Source: Lama guanicoe
Taxonomy: Eukaryota
Direction: 5' to 3'
Assembly (NCBI GenBank): GCA_013239625.1
Contig: MU054323.1
Location: 13,189,950 to 13,253,949, forward strand
DNA length: 64,000 nt
In this document: positions 39,020-51,266 of the stretch, one piece after another
Layout of the letters: every line of letters begins with the position of its first letter
Numbering within the stretch: the stretch's first letter is position 1
Notes under the pieces: model-generated
What the model saw: only the letters and a program-made list of their open reading frames with translations
Told to the model about the DNA's origin: nothing
Database searches by the model: none
Program-made: the position numbers and the translations under genes

Positions 39020-40400
39020 TGTTCATTCTTTGATCCAGTTTTTTTTTTTTGAGCTGCAGCATTTTTTCTAGAAACTGAACTACATGCTAGAGGTAAAATA
39101 TTCAAGTCCCCGACCTCACTGAGCTCCAGTTGGATGAGGCATGCAGAAAAGTGATCAAACAGTTGTAATGCAGTGAGCCAAGTGGCATGAGGAGGAATGA
39201 ACAGTAGTTCATGGAAGCACAGAGAGGCCCAGACCTAGATGAGGGGCAATTGGAAATGCTTCCAGAGAAATGAGGTTTAAGCAAGGTCTAAAAGACGAAT
39301 AAGAGGTAGGCAGGTGAGGGAAAGAGTGTTCCAGGCCAAGAACACAGTGTAGATAAAGTTTGAGAGGGCTGAGAGGGCCCTGTCCACTGAGGAACTGAAT
39401 AAACTTCAGTGCAGCTGACATTGTTACATATAAAATAAACAGCAGGGACCTATACAGTGGTATACAGTAGTATACCACAGGGAACTATATTCAATTTCTT
39501 GTAATCAGCTATAATGGAACAGAACCTGAAACATATACATATGTATGTATATGCATAAATGAATCACTCAGCTACACACCTGAAACTAACATTGTAAATC
39601 AACTACACTTCAATAAAAAATAAAAATTTTTTTCGAAAAGTTTAGTGTAGCTGGATTGTAGGAAATGAGGTGAGTTTCATAGGTGATCAGGTTTCAGAGA
39701 GAACAGAGTCTCCATGATGATAAAGATGTGGGCATATTTGATGAATGTTTAGACAGGAGGACTTCGAGGACTGGATGTTTGGTAGGTGACGGGGCAGAGC
39801 AGTCCTTGGGTTTCTGGTAAGGGTCACTCAGAGAATGGAGATATTAGAGGGAAGATGATGCAGTTCCATTTGGGACATTCTAAGTTTGGGACTCCTGTAG
39901 AATATCTACAGGAGATGGACAGTAGTAGACAGTTTGGAGCACAGCAGAAAGCTTTGGCTGTGAAATATAAATCTGGGTGACGTCAGCGTTTGTCAGATCA
40001 GAAGAGTGTATACAATTAGTAAAGCAGAGGATTTTAAGACCAACTCTTAAAGCACGCAGTGTTTAAGGGGCAAGTAAAGAGTGGAGTCTACAAAGAATGT
40101 TAAGACCCAGTGGGCAAAGAGGAAAGAGAAAAAAAGTGAGATGTCAGAGAAACCAAGGGGAGACTGAAATCCATCCATGAGATTTAGCAACATGGAGACC
40201 ATTAGTGACTGAGTAAGGGGGTGGGAAGAGGCAGCACAACCTGGCCTCAGCTAGTTGGTAGTGAGCGGAGAAGTGAACGCAATTCCTTTGGAATGTTTGG
40301 TCACAGAGGGGAGGATTTAAAGAGAAAGAAAATGGAGTTGAGGGTCTTGTATTTTTAAAACTGGTGTAAACTGATCAGTATAGGGTTAATAGAAAGACTT
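39020..40400 (-). mobile_element. L2 LINE remnant containing a younger L1 insertion
   Basis: 'gaaagagtgttccaggccaagaacac', 'gcagttccatttgggacattctaagtttg', 'gatttagcaacatggagaccattagtgac'. Confidence 0.7.
39422..39630 (+). mobile_element. 5'-truncated L1 3' end
   Basis: Homologous to 35072-35271; degraded TSD aaacttcagtgcagctg / aaagtttagtgtagctg. Confidence 0.85.
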
Positions 40401-41132
40401 CATTCCCTAATGAAGAGGTGGGCCCCAAGCTGAATTTAGCCTGAATTTAAAACTCCTCTTAAAATTCTTCCCCCAGACGTGTCCTTTTATCTCTTGGTAT
40501 TATAAATAAATTCCCAACCATTAATCACTATGCTGCTTCTCGGTTCACTGTGGTCTTGTTATCCCAATGAGGTTGCAAATTCCTGTGAAGCAGGATTCAA
40601 ACTGTCTACTCCCTTATTTTCAGTAGCACTTAGTTCAGTGTCACACATGGAGAAAAATCTTAACAGATACTATTTTTAGCCCTCTGATTTGTTCATTCTT
40701 TGAGGAAATGTTTAATGTCCACTGTGTACCAGGCATTATTCTAGGTGCTGAAGATATAAAGCTCATTAAACTTGGCATATCCTTTTCACCCAAGGAGTTT
40801 ATGATCTAGGGAGACAATTAATTAGTAATCTAAGAGAAATCTTGAGTGGCTACTATATAGAGATCCATTTATATATACAATTTCCCCTCTCCCCATGAAT
40901 TCTTTCCATGTGGGGGATGAACAAGCAGTTGGAGAGCTCAATGACTTAAGGTGGAAAGAACAAGATAGTGAAAAAAATAGGAATTATTTCTGTCCTAGTG
41001 TGGTTACTCCTTTATTTAGCATTTCCAAAGTCATTGGGAATATGGTGGCTGTGCTTTAGGGAGCTTTGATGGATTGTTACTTAGCGTTTAAGACACTAAC
41101 CAGCTCTGCACGTTTTCACTTTTCCCTTTCAG

Positions 41133-41357
41133 TAATTTGCCATCTTCCGTGTATGAATGGAGGCCAGTGCAGTTCAAGGGACAAATGCCAGTGCCCTCCA
41201 AATTTCACAGGGAAGCTTTGCCAGATCCCGGTCCCTGGTGCCAGCGTGCCTAAACTTTATCAGCAATCCCAGCAGTCAGGCAAGGCTCTGGGAACACATG
41301 TCGTTCACTCTACACACACCTTGCCTCTGACCATGACTAGCCAGCAAGGAGTCAAAG
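41133..41357 (+). CDS. LTBP1: LTBP1 coding exon (225 nt): EGF-like domain (V)[30 protein letters not shown] plus linker to QQGVK
   Basis: Acceptor tttccctttcag|TA, donor AAAG|gtaagc, phase 1/1 in frame with the previous exon. Six-cysteine EGF spacing. Confidence 0.97.
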
Positions 41358-42520
41358 GTAAGCTGGTTAGTTTGATTTTTTTTCCCATTCATCAGAACTC
41401 TTAACCTGCCAAACCCATACAGAAGCCAGGTGTCTGGAGATGGCCGGGCTGGTATTGGGACAGAATATGGGCCCAGGTAACTGGTGATAGTACTTTCTAG
41501 GCTGTAGAGAATTTGGTGTCTAGGAAATTAAAAAATGAAGCCTATCTTTCTCTGGCGACTCAGTACCAAGAGATGGTCAACGTACATGGCGCTGTTCCAG
41601 CGGGGCCTGGGAAATAGAAAGAAAGATGGACAAGATGGTCTTCTGGCCCTTATTGCCGTAATAAACTAGTAGATCACACAGTACCTACTTATGAACACCA
41701 AGTCTGTTTTGTAGTTGAAGAGCACTTGGTTTTAGTACTAAAGAGTTTGTAACCTCCCTGGGCTTCAATTTATTCATCTGTAGAGGAAGGTAAACTAGGT
41801 CACTTGGAGCTTAGAAATTCTATGACTAATTCATTCTTTTAAACCTGGCATTTCTTATACATGTACAATTTTTTAAAAAGGGGGTCAGAGAAGTGTTACT
41901 GGCTCTTACTCTTTAAAACCTGAATCTCAGCATCAGAAGATTAAACTGTTTGAAAGCTGCAGAGAAAGTCAGTACAGATATAAAATACCACACTTTGGTG
42001 TCTTGTGTGTGTCATAAGAAGCACAAAAGAGGGCAAGAGAATTATGCTTTGTGAAGTTACATGGTAGGTCCTACAGTTTCTACGATGGAAACTTTGTGAG
42101 AGATTCAAAACTAACCAAACTCTTGAGTCTTTATCACTCATTTGATTTCTCTCATTGTGATCATTTGTATGACCACAAATAGCATGAATTTCCTAATTTT
42201 TTGGCTCTTCTGAAAAAAAAAATTTGTCTCATGAATCTGTGAGAGGTTTTAATTTCCCTTTATAAAAGCAGTTTTAGTCTTTAAAATACATCGATTCAGG
42301 TCTGAGTTTTGAGTGTACCCTTTTATGATAAAGAATTTCGACAGCTGTGCGACAAAAATATATATACACCATAAATGTATAATTTATCATATGAGTAATA
42401 TATATGCACACAACTATGTCTAAATTTACTGTCCTGCCAACTAGCATGAAAATTGACTTTCATCCTGGGGCGCATGTTCATTATTTGTGACTGGCAAGTT
42501 TTCCTCCCAATCTGTTTTAG

Positions 42521-42795
42521 TGAAATTTCCTCCCAACATAGTCAATATCCACGTGAAGCACCCTCCTGAGGCTTCTGTCCAGATCCATCAGGTTTCAAGA
42601 GTCGACGGCCCAACGGGCCAGAAGGTAAAAGAAGCTCAACCAGGCCAATCCCAGGTCCCTTACCAAGGGCTTCCTGTCCAGAAGACCCAGACGGTCCATT
42701 CCTCATACTCCCACCAGCAAGTCATTCCTCATGTCTATCCTGTGGCTGCAAAGACTCAGCTTGGCCGGTGCTTCCAGGAAACCATCGGATCACAG
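42521..42795 (+). CDS. LTBP1: LTBP1 coding exon (275 nt): (V)KFPPNIVNIHVKHPPEASVQIHQVSR...KTQLGRCFQETIGSQ, linker and start of the hybrid/8-Cys domain
   Basis: Acceptor tctgttttag|TG, donor CAG|gtaagc, phase 1/0. Contains the LTBP-family motif VNIHVKHPPEASVQIHQV. Confidence 0.97.
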
Positions 42796-42888
42796 GTAAG
42801 CAGCATTCCCCGGCCAGTCTGGGTAATGTGTTGCAGATACAGTCTCATTTTAGTAGGAAAGACAGACTTGGTAAAATAACTTTTGTAG

Positions 42889-43092
42889 AAGGGGTTGGCA
42901 AATGACCCATGGGCCTGTTACTATAAATAAAGCTTTATTGCTACACAGCCACACCCAGTCGTTTACATACCATCTATGCCTGTTTTCATGCTGTTAACGG
43001 TAGAATTGTACACTTTCAATGAGATTGTATAATCTAAAATGCCTAAAATAGGGTCTGCAAAGCTCTTTACGGAAAAGGTTTGCCAGCCTCTG
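42889..43092 (+). mobile_element. MER58A-like (hAT-Charlie) MITE
   Basis: TIR-like ends aggggttggcaaa ... tttgccagcctctg; internal 'aaataaagctttattgctacacagccacaccca'. Confidence 0.8.
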
Positions 43093-45479
43093 ATATGGAA
43101 GATAATTGTAAGTACTGAACTTGCAGAAATGCTGCCAGAAGTCCGTGATTGCCTGTTTGTACTTTTTTTAGTTACGGTAATATAAGTATAAAACATGTCA
43201 GGAATGAGATATGGTATGTGAGATAGACTCTGCAAAGATGTTTGAAAATATTTATGTCTTTTTGAATACTTTGGGGTAGTGGGTACATTTGAGTTTTGAA
43301 CTCATCATCCAATAATAATTTGTCATCTTTTTTTTTGGATATAAACTAGGTTTTTATTAGTGAAGTAAGAAAAAAAAGTAGTGAAAGATAGTGCACTCCC
43401 GAGAATTGGGAGTGGCCCAACCCAAGAGAGGAAAAATGGCCTGTCATCTTTTATTTTCTTAAAAAATTCGTAACTAAAGTGGAAATGCATGAGTTGTTTG
43501 AAGTGCATTTTAAGTAGCATTGAGTGTATTTGTAACTCTACATATATGTATCATAAAGTGAGAGACAGGCTGAGTTTTCTTTAAAACTTGTCATGGAATG
43601 TGCATAGTGAAAGCAACATGAAAATATTGGTTCCTGTGCCCCAACGACTTGGTGCTTCCTGCCTTGGATTATGTGATGAATGATACAGCTTTGTCCTGTG
43701 GTTCTTCTCCTGTCAGTTGACTGGTTTGAACCCTCTGTGAGGAGAGTTAATGAGACGTATCTATTATTCATGTTGTTATGAATATTCAAAAAATACTGTG
43801 TGTGTATGAAATATTTGTTGGTAATTAGGATCAATCATTCCTGCATTTGAAACCTGGAAAACACTTTTAAGTGCTGGGCGAGTCCACAGTAAGGTCATTG
43901 TCTTTGTTCTAAGGGAAGAGGCAAAATTGGTTTGTAGACCCGAATGGAAAGAGCAGCCACATGGAGTTAGAAGACGCTGGTTAGAGCTGTTGGGCTCAGC
44001 AGTTGGTGTCAGGGAACCAGCTTCTTTATCTGTCAAGTGGAAACAAGAATATGGGGCTTTTGTCAAAATTAGACAAGGTAATGTGACATGCTCTGCAGAT
44101 GTTGCAGAACTATGTAAATATTAGCTTAGGAGATGCTTGTCTGTTAGTAGAGTCAAACCTAAAAGTGGAGCAGGTGACTGCTTATGCCATGTAACTCCTG
44201 TAAGACAGGGAAGGCTCCGTCCCCGACGCAGCTTTGGTCTGCCTGCGGATGCCTGAAATGCCGACTGGAGGGGACCTCTTCATTCCTCAGTTGAAGACCA
44301 GGTTTAAGCAAATGCTTTTTGGAAAAGAAATGTCATCAATTTACACGTAGCTTAGAAGGAAGGACTGGATTATTTTGCGAAGGGCAGGTTTTCATAGGGG
44401 CAGTGGGGCAGCAGTCAGCCTCCTCTGCTGCACAGTTTGCCCCGGACCAGCCTTGGAGGAGGAGAATGAATTCTGTGCCATTCGCGTTGATTAGTCATTC
44501 CAGCTTAGGTCGGTCATGAGAAAGGCAAAAAGCAGGTCCTTTTAAAATTCTGTGCCCAGTATCTTTCTCCTTAGTTTCCAAGTTGGAACACAGATGGTAA
44601 AAAGCAAGAAAATGAGATGTCAACAGACTTGTTATTCTCATACATATAATAGCAGGCAGGTGGTTGCTAACTAGAAAGAATATAGACAAATTAGTTTTAA
44701 GCCTAAGCTGGGCTCTACAATCCACATGAATTGGGTAATTGGGATTGTTACTCAAATAAAATTCAAACTAGATCCATCTGACTTTCGATCTGAATGATCC
44801 AGACAGTGATCTCAATTCTTAATTCATTTTGCATGTGTAGTCACTACTATGAGCTTCAAAATAAGACCTGTTTTGAGAAAACATTCTCAGCATATATTTG
44901 TCTTCTTGTTGGTAAGAAATGTTGCTGACTGCCAGTGATTGCCCAATTAAATTGTGCAATTAGGATGATCCAGGCTTAAAAAAAAATTACTGGCCAATAG
45001 TCAATAGTATATTATGTGTATCCTACGAAGGTGTTTGAAAATATTTGTACTTTCTTGCTATGGTTGGTTTGCAAACATACCTGCAGGAAGATATGCAGGT
45101 AGATTTCACATGAATGGCAGAAACAAAAGCGTAAATACTCACTAGTGCTTTGCTCAATAGGAAAACTCTTAAAAGCTGCAGATGACAGCTATTGAGATCT
45201 TAATGTCATAGTTATGAGTAAGAACCTATGTTCATGTATTGCCATTAGAGGTCACACACAAAACGAATTTAGTAGGAACAGCCCTTGTCTCTGTGGGCAC
45301 ATTCTAAAAATCAGGCAGTAAACTTGAGGTTGAAAACCCAACATGAGCTGTGATCAATGTATTTAAGTTCATGGCATCTTCATAGAGTAGAATTTCAGGA
45401 ATTGCTTGGATGGTGGAGGGAAATGGATGATTGGTTAGGAAACTAAGCTCACAGAGAAGAGAGTGAATAATTAAACAGA

Positions 45480-46310
45480 GGAAAGGAAATACTGCAAGAA
45501 ACAGATAAGGAAATAGTGTCAGAAGAGACCAAAGAAGTGAACCAGTTTAGGGTTCCTGACAGGCATTGGTACACAGAGGAAGCCTCTTAAGCCTGAGGCA
45601 CAGAGCGATGTAAATGACTTAGTGTCAAGGTGAAAACGGCATCATGCCTCCTTGATCAAGTGATCAAACTCAGAGTCCTTAGAATCAGGACGACTGATAG
45701 TACATGCCTCCTGATGTGGTGCAGTAGGAGGTGTACAGCAACACCTTAAAAGTTTTCTTGCCAAAAATGGTTAATCTGAATCTGACCTCCAGCTCATAGA
45801 GAACACTCGGGGTGAAGAAACAAGCCAAAAATATCACACTCCTCCCCATCAGATAGATTAAAAATACAGGAGGATATAGCCTGGTTTCTTTAAAAAATCG
45901 TACCATAAAAAGACTTTCCTGAAAAGAGACTAGAGACAAGAGAAAATGTGATGTATGAACTTTAATCATATCTTGGTTTTTTTGTTTGTTTGTTTGTTTA
46001 AATAAAAACCCAGCTCTGAAAGACATTTTAGGAACAATTGAGGAAATTTAAATATGGACTGACTATTAGATGATATTTTGGAATTATTACTTTGTTAGGT
46101 GTGATAATGTTAGAGGTATGTAGGACCATGTCCTTATTCTTGAGTGAGGAACGCCAAGATGTCTGTAATTTACTTCCAAACGCATTTGTACACATCTGGC
46201 AAAATTTTAGCAGCTGTTGACTCTGAGGGGTGGAAATGCAAGTGATCATTGTATCATTCTTTGAATTATCTCAGCATATTTGAAAATTTCTTATGAGAAA
46301 AGGATGAAAA
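45480..46310 (+). mobile_element. L1MC-like 3'UTR remnant
   Basis: 'atcaagtgatcaaact', 'tttcttgccaaaaatg', 'agacattttaggaacaattgaggaaatttaaatatggactg...tattagatgata'. Confidence 0.65.
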
Positions 46311-48019
46311 ATACTCAAATTTCCTAGACTTAGAATAATTTACGATGGACTTAAAAGCAGGACATTTGATACATTTAATGAACTTTTAGAAAATTTTTAA
46401 AGTTTCAACTTTTGAATGAATGGGGGTGAATGTTGGGATGGTAGACATGAGGAGACCAGGGGAGAGAAGCTGGCCTTGGTCCAACTGTGAAATGACCAAG
46501 GTCTAATCTAAGAAGTCAAGTTGAAAATGAAGAGATGAATGCCGAGGCTTTTGTGAAGAAGCTAGCATCATAATTGCATTATGGGCTGTTGTGAAGGAAA
46601 AGATGGTGATAAGTTGGTATATTCTGAACTTTCTGGCTTCAAAAGTCAGATAAAGGCTCCCTCTGATTGATTCACTGACCCCTGGGGCCAGGGATCAGGG
46701 GAGGATTGTGAGGTAAAGATGAGTAGCAGCTACATCTTTGTTTCAGCCAGCCCCATCTTTGGTTGATGTCAAGAATGATGTATTCTTGAATAACAATCAG
46801 GGAATCCAGTGCTGTTTTAGAGATGAAGGGAGAGAGGATTAATGCTGAAAATTCAGTGGTCAGTGAATGATAGTTAAATTGATAGGAGCAGAGAGTTCTT
46901 TGGCTTGACGTAAAGTGGGAAGAGGTGGAGGAGTGAGATTGGAGAGATCTCCAGTGTTTTCCACCTTGATGGAGAGTGTCAAGACAAAGGGGGAAAACAC
47001 TCCTATTCTTTTGCTGTGATCAAAAGTAATGTTTCATCTTTGAGTCCTAAAAATAATTTCTTGCTCATAAGATCATATAAACTATTGATTTCTGTGTGAA
47101 TTGGGCTGCGTAAATTCACTTTAAAGTATGCAAAGAATAGAAATTAATCTAATAGAATATATGGGGTAGCTAAAAGGAATTGGTTTCTTGAATGCAAATC
47201 AAGTTTGAAGTAGTTGAAAAGTCATAATTTGAGCAGATGTAGCTGTCTGTACTGCCTGGTACTCCATATATATTTGAGATTTTTTGCTCAATGTATAGAT
47301 CAAATTAGAATTACACCTCCAGTGGTTGGAATTGTCAGCTACTTTTAGGATAATCTCATGTTTTCATGTGCTTGAAATTTCAACATTTCCAGGCAAGTTC
47401 TCATCTCTGAGGAGAGGCCACATTTCAGAAAATATCCCTCAAATCTATTTTTGCACCACAGGGTCATTGAATATGTACATTTTTTCCTTTGTACAAGGGT
47501 GTCCTTTATTTTAAATTGGTTCTCTTAACAGTAACCTAAAGTTAAGTCTTACTTGGCATCTGAGTTTTTACTTGTTGCAAACGTGTTTTATTTATTGCCC
47601 AATTACTGGAAACAAACATTTACAGTGACCTAATGATGCCAGATGGTATGAAAAGACCTTGTGTGAAATGTAGAGTTCAGAGTCCAGCTTCCATGCTGGG
47701 TGTGTCATTGCCTCCTTGTGAAATCATGTGCTTTTTGTTAAAGGTAGGAACATGCCCCTTAATTAGACAGGCATTAGGAGATGAGACAAAAATTCAAGTG
47801 CCTCAACACCTTTGTTTTGCAGATGCCAAGAGCAGCAAATAAACACCTGAGTTAACTAAGAACAGAAATTTTGGAAAACCTGAAGTAGAAGTAAACAGAA
47901 AAGAGAGGATATTTTTAGTACAGCATTCTAGCACAGATAAATATAATCAAATAACATGCAAACCTACTTTTGTAGTTAGCAACCATAAAATCCCCAGAAC
48001 AGGAAAAAAAAGAGAAAGG

Positions 48020-48206
48020 TACAATAGGTACAAACTATAAGGTATAAAATAAGTTATAAGGATATATTGTACAACATGGGGAATATAGCCACGTAGCCAG
48101 TGTTTTACAATAACTATAAATGGAGTATAATCTTTAAAAATTGTGAATCACTATACTGTATACTTGTAGGTTACATAATACTGTATAGCAACTATACTTC
48201 AATTTA
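48020..48206 (+). mobile_element. L1MA9-like 3' end
   Basis: 'ggatatattgtacaacatggggaatatagcc...taactataaatggagtataa...tgtgaatcactatactgta...actatacttcaattt'. Confidence 0.75.
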
Positions 48207-48220
48207 AAGAAAGACAGTTT

Positions 48221-48395
48221 TTAAGTTTTTTGGGGGGGGTAATCAGGTTTGTTTGTTTATTTATTTGATTTTCTTTGGTGGGGAGATATTAGGTTTATTT
48301 ATTCATTCATTTTTGTAGGAGATACTAGGGATTGAACTCAGGACCTCATGTATGCTAAACATGCACCCTACCACTTGAGCTATACCCTCCCCACC
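48221..48395 (-). mobile_element. tRNA-derived SINE (camelid Vic-1-like), full length, 14-bp TSD
   Basis: Minus strand reads ggggagggtatagctcaagtggtagggtgcatg...gaggtcctgagttcaatccctagtatctcc (A and B boxes); aagaaagacagttt at 48207-48220 and 48396-48409. Confidence 0.9.
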
Positions 48396-48776
48396 AAGAA
48401 AGACAGTTTAATAAAAAATGAATAAATAAACACATTCTAAGATGAAATTCTCTGATATAGAAGAAAATAAGCTTTGTGTGGATGAGGAAGGAAAGGACCA
48501 TTGCTTGATGTGAAATTCTGGTATCATTGGAAAAGCCTTTCTTTAGTTGCTGGCCATATACATAGTAAGCCCTGGGGCAAAAATTCAGTCTAAGTGACAC
48601 GAGAACAGTTTGGGATCCTCTTAGAGGTTCCAGCAGTTGTTCCAGCAGTTCTTTTTGGACAGGAGAAATAGAAACAGAATGGGCCATTGGAGAAAAAGAT
48701 TATTTAATTGGAGATTTGTCTCTTTTGGCAGATAAAGTCAATAACATCCTCAAGTTCTCCAAATCTTAGCACTGGA

Positions 48777-48922
48777 ACACACATGCATGCACACACAGAC
48801 ACACACACATACACATATACACACATACATACATGCACACATACACATATACATACACACACACACACATACACATATACACACACACACACAGTGCGCA
48901 CACACACACACACACACACACA
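48777..48922. repeat. Compound (CA)n/(TA)/(CATA) microsatellite
   Basis: About 145 bp of near-continuous CA/TA dinucleotides. Confidence 0.97.
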
Positions 48923-51178
48923 ATTCTGAAGGGCCAAACAAATAGACTTTGCTTTTGTGAAAAAATTTTTTTTTCAACAAACATCATAGAGACTTAACAG
49001 GAAAGTGTGAGCTCACTGCAATGGAAAAGCATCTTAATTACATGGCTGAAAGTACTTTTTAAAAAGTCTCAATATTGTCACAGGACTTTGAAGAAAAATA
49101 TTTCCTGGTTTCCACCACACGGAAGCTGATGAGAAAGTAGGGAAACAGCTGTCATGCCGCTGAGTTCCACACGGCAGAAAACACAGAGATGGATACGCAG
49201 AGATGCAGATGTAGGGACAGGCTGCAGACTTTCAGAATCTCTTCTCAGGAATGGAAAATGAATGTTGTGCTCGATCAGGGGAGCTGGGACACAAAGCTCT
49301 GCTTAGAAACCTCTTTTTGGATTTCCTTAGAATCTCTTCTGCCCTGACAGTGAGTATCACTAGGGTGAGGCGTGAAGCTATGATGAAATGCTAATTTTAT
49401 CCTGATAGGGGATGGTGCCAGAATGGTCGTAACACTTTCACATTGGTTAATTCCCTAAGCTGAGTCCACAAACTGCCTAAGTAGACAAGAAATCTAAAAA
49501 GAAAGTAACTGTAAAACATTTCACCAAAGACTCTTGGCCTCTCACTTCTGTGTTATACCTTATGTGAGGAGGACTGAGTCAGCCAGGCTGGGTCAGCAGT
49601 GGGTCTAGGAGTGTCTGTGGCCCTCTTCTCTTCCCTCCCCGATTCTCCCAGGCCACATGGTCCTGGGGGCGGGGCCCTCCCAGGTGAATTCGGCCTTTTT
49701 GCAGACACATGGCTGGGCAGTGAACAGGGAAGGCAGGGCCAGGACTACCTGACGTCTGCCTTCTCCACGAGCAGAGAGCCCTGTTGGGGTCTGTTGCTTG
49801 CATTTGCTGAAGTTTGGCCTCCTTCACGTGGAATAAGTCATTAACATTATGCACTTCCTATGCCATCTGGGTTTTTCGTCACTGTCCCACTCCTTTGGCA
49901 TAATCTAAGAAATATTTAATTGAGTGTTAGTGAGTCTGGTTGTCTCCAGTGACTCTGAAATGGGCCGTCCTTGCCAAACCTTTACAGAGGGTATCACTGA
50001 AGGTGTCGCACGCATTGTGGTGACTGGTCCCAGACTTCTGCAGTGTCAGTTGGTACTGCTCCAGCCACCTCTGCCAGATGGGCTTTGTGCCAAGGGCTGT
50101 CTTCCTTGGAGTTGAAAAGATCAGTAAAGACAGGAATAAGACCCAAAGGGGAAACGTACTGTATATGAAAGAAACCATGTCTCCACGTGACTGGGCTTCT
50201 GCCAGTGGCGGGAAGAACCGCTGGTTTTACTTAGATTGAGAATGTAGGGCTGGGACATTAGTTGAATCAAAATATAGATTCTTAGAACTGAAGTAGAGTG
50301 GTTCAGAGAATGGGTGATGACCCAGACATTACGCTTCCTACAGCCTAATATCCAGTCTTTCCCCAGGCCAGTGTCTGGGCACCAAAGAGGCTGTCAGTTT
50401 CAAGTGTTCACTTACCCTGACCTGTTCAACAGACCAGTTTATGCTTCTTTGGTCTTCTCAGATGTTTTTCATTTTATTGGCAGTGGAAGTACCTTTATCA
50501 GGACATAAAATAGCAGATTTCCATCTTTTTTTTTTTACCTCTGGCGCTCACTAAAATAATATACCTATTAATTAGACTCCTGTTTATGCAGAGGAGTAGG
50601 CATTGAAAATAATCATGAGGCGGTTCAGAGTGGATGCATGTTACGTCTCTTCTGATCTTGCCAAAGTGGCAAGATTTGTGGTCATTACATTTGAACATGA
50701 TGGTTCTGAGGTATGTTGGAAGTGGTTTTAGGAGACCATGGCTTGAGTCTATGGTCAGTTTGAACTCTATACATTACAAAAGTGTTTGAAGAGTCACAGC
50801 TCGTATTTCTAGGATCTGATGTCATTTCTTGACTTTGTCTACATGACCTGTTGGAACTGAGCTTTGCAAACATGAAGTGGAACCATCTGGTTTACTAAAA
50901 TAACAAATGAAAAACCTGACCCATTAAGTTGTACTGAAAAAAGCAACACTGTCCCATATTGAAAGACAACAAAAAGGTTCCCTGACTCCACCCTTCACCT
51001 TCCCCCACGTTGATGATAGTAGTATTTTTTCCCTCATTCTTCCATTTTTTTCTCTTCTTACATGTATAAAAGAATTTATATGTATATTTGGATATTGTTT
51101 CAACAAGATCTCTTTGAAACTGTGCATTTATTCTAATGATACTGCCATTGTGCAGTTTTGAGATTTGTTTTAAATGGC

Positions 51179-51266
51179 TTTTTTTTTTTTTAATGGCAGT
51201 ACTGGGGATTGAACCCAGGACCTCGTGCATGCTAAGCATGTGCTCTACCACTGAGATACCCCCCTC
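51179..51266 (-). mobile_element. tRNA-derived SINE (Vic-1-like), short-tail form
   Basis: Minus strand ggggggtatctcagtggtagagcacatgcttagcatgcacgaggtcctgggttcaatccccagtactgccatt + poly(A). Confidence 0.9.

Noticed and set aside
700..41132. Numerous 60-150 aa ORFs in the ORF track (also throughout 42880-62400)
   Set aside because: Chance ORFs in intron or decayed repeats, many opening on GTG/TTG, with no recognisable domains.
45078..45101. Hairpin tacctgca-N8-tgcaggta
   Set aside because: An 8-bp stem is expected occasionally by chance; too short for a pre-miRNA, and intrinsic terminators are irrelevant here.
48704..48987. Cys/Val- and His/Thr-rich ORFs
   Set aside because: Translations of the CA/TG microsatellite.
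51192..51264. tRNA-Ala-like gene (also 48320-48392)
   Set aside because: A/B boxes are present, but poly(A) tails, a TSD on the 48221 copy, divergent multiple copies and an imperfect acceptor stem indicate SINEs.
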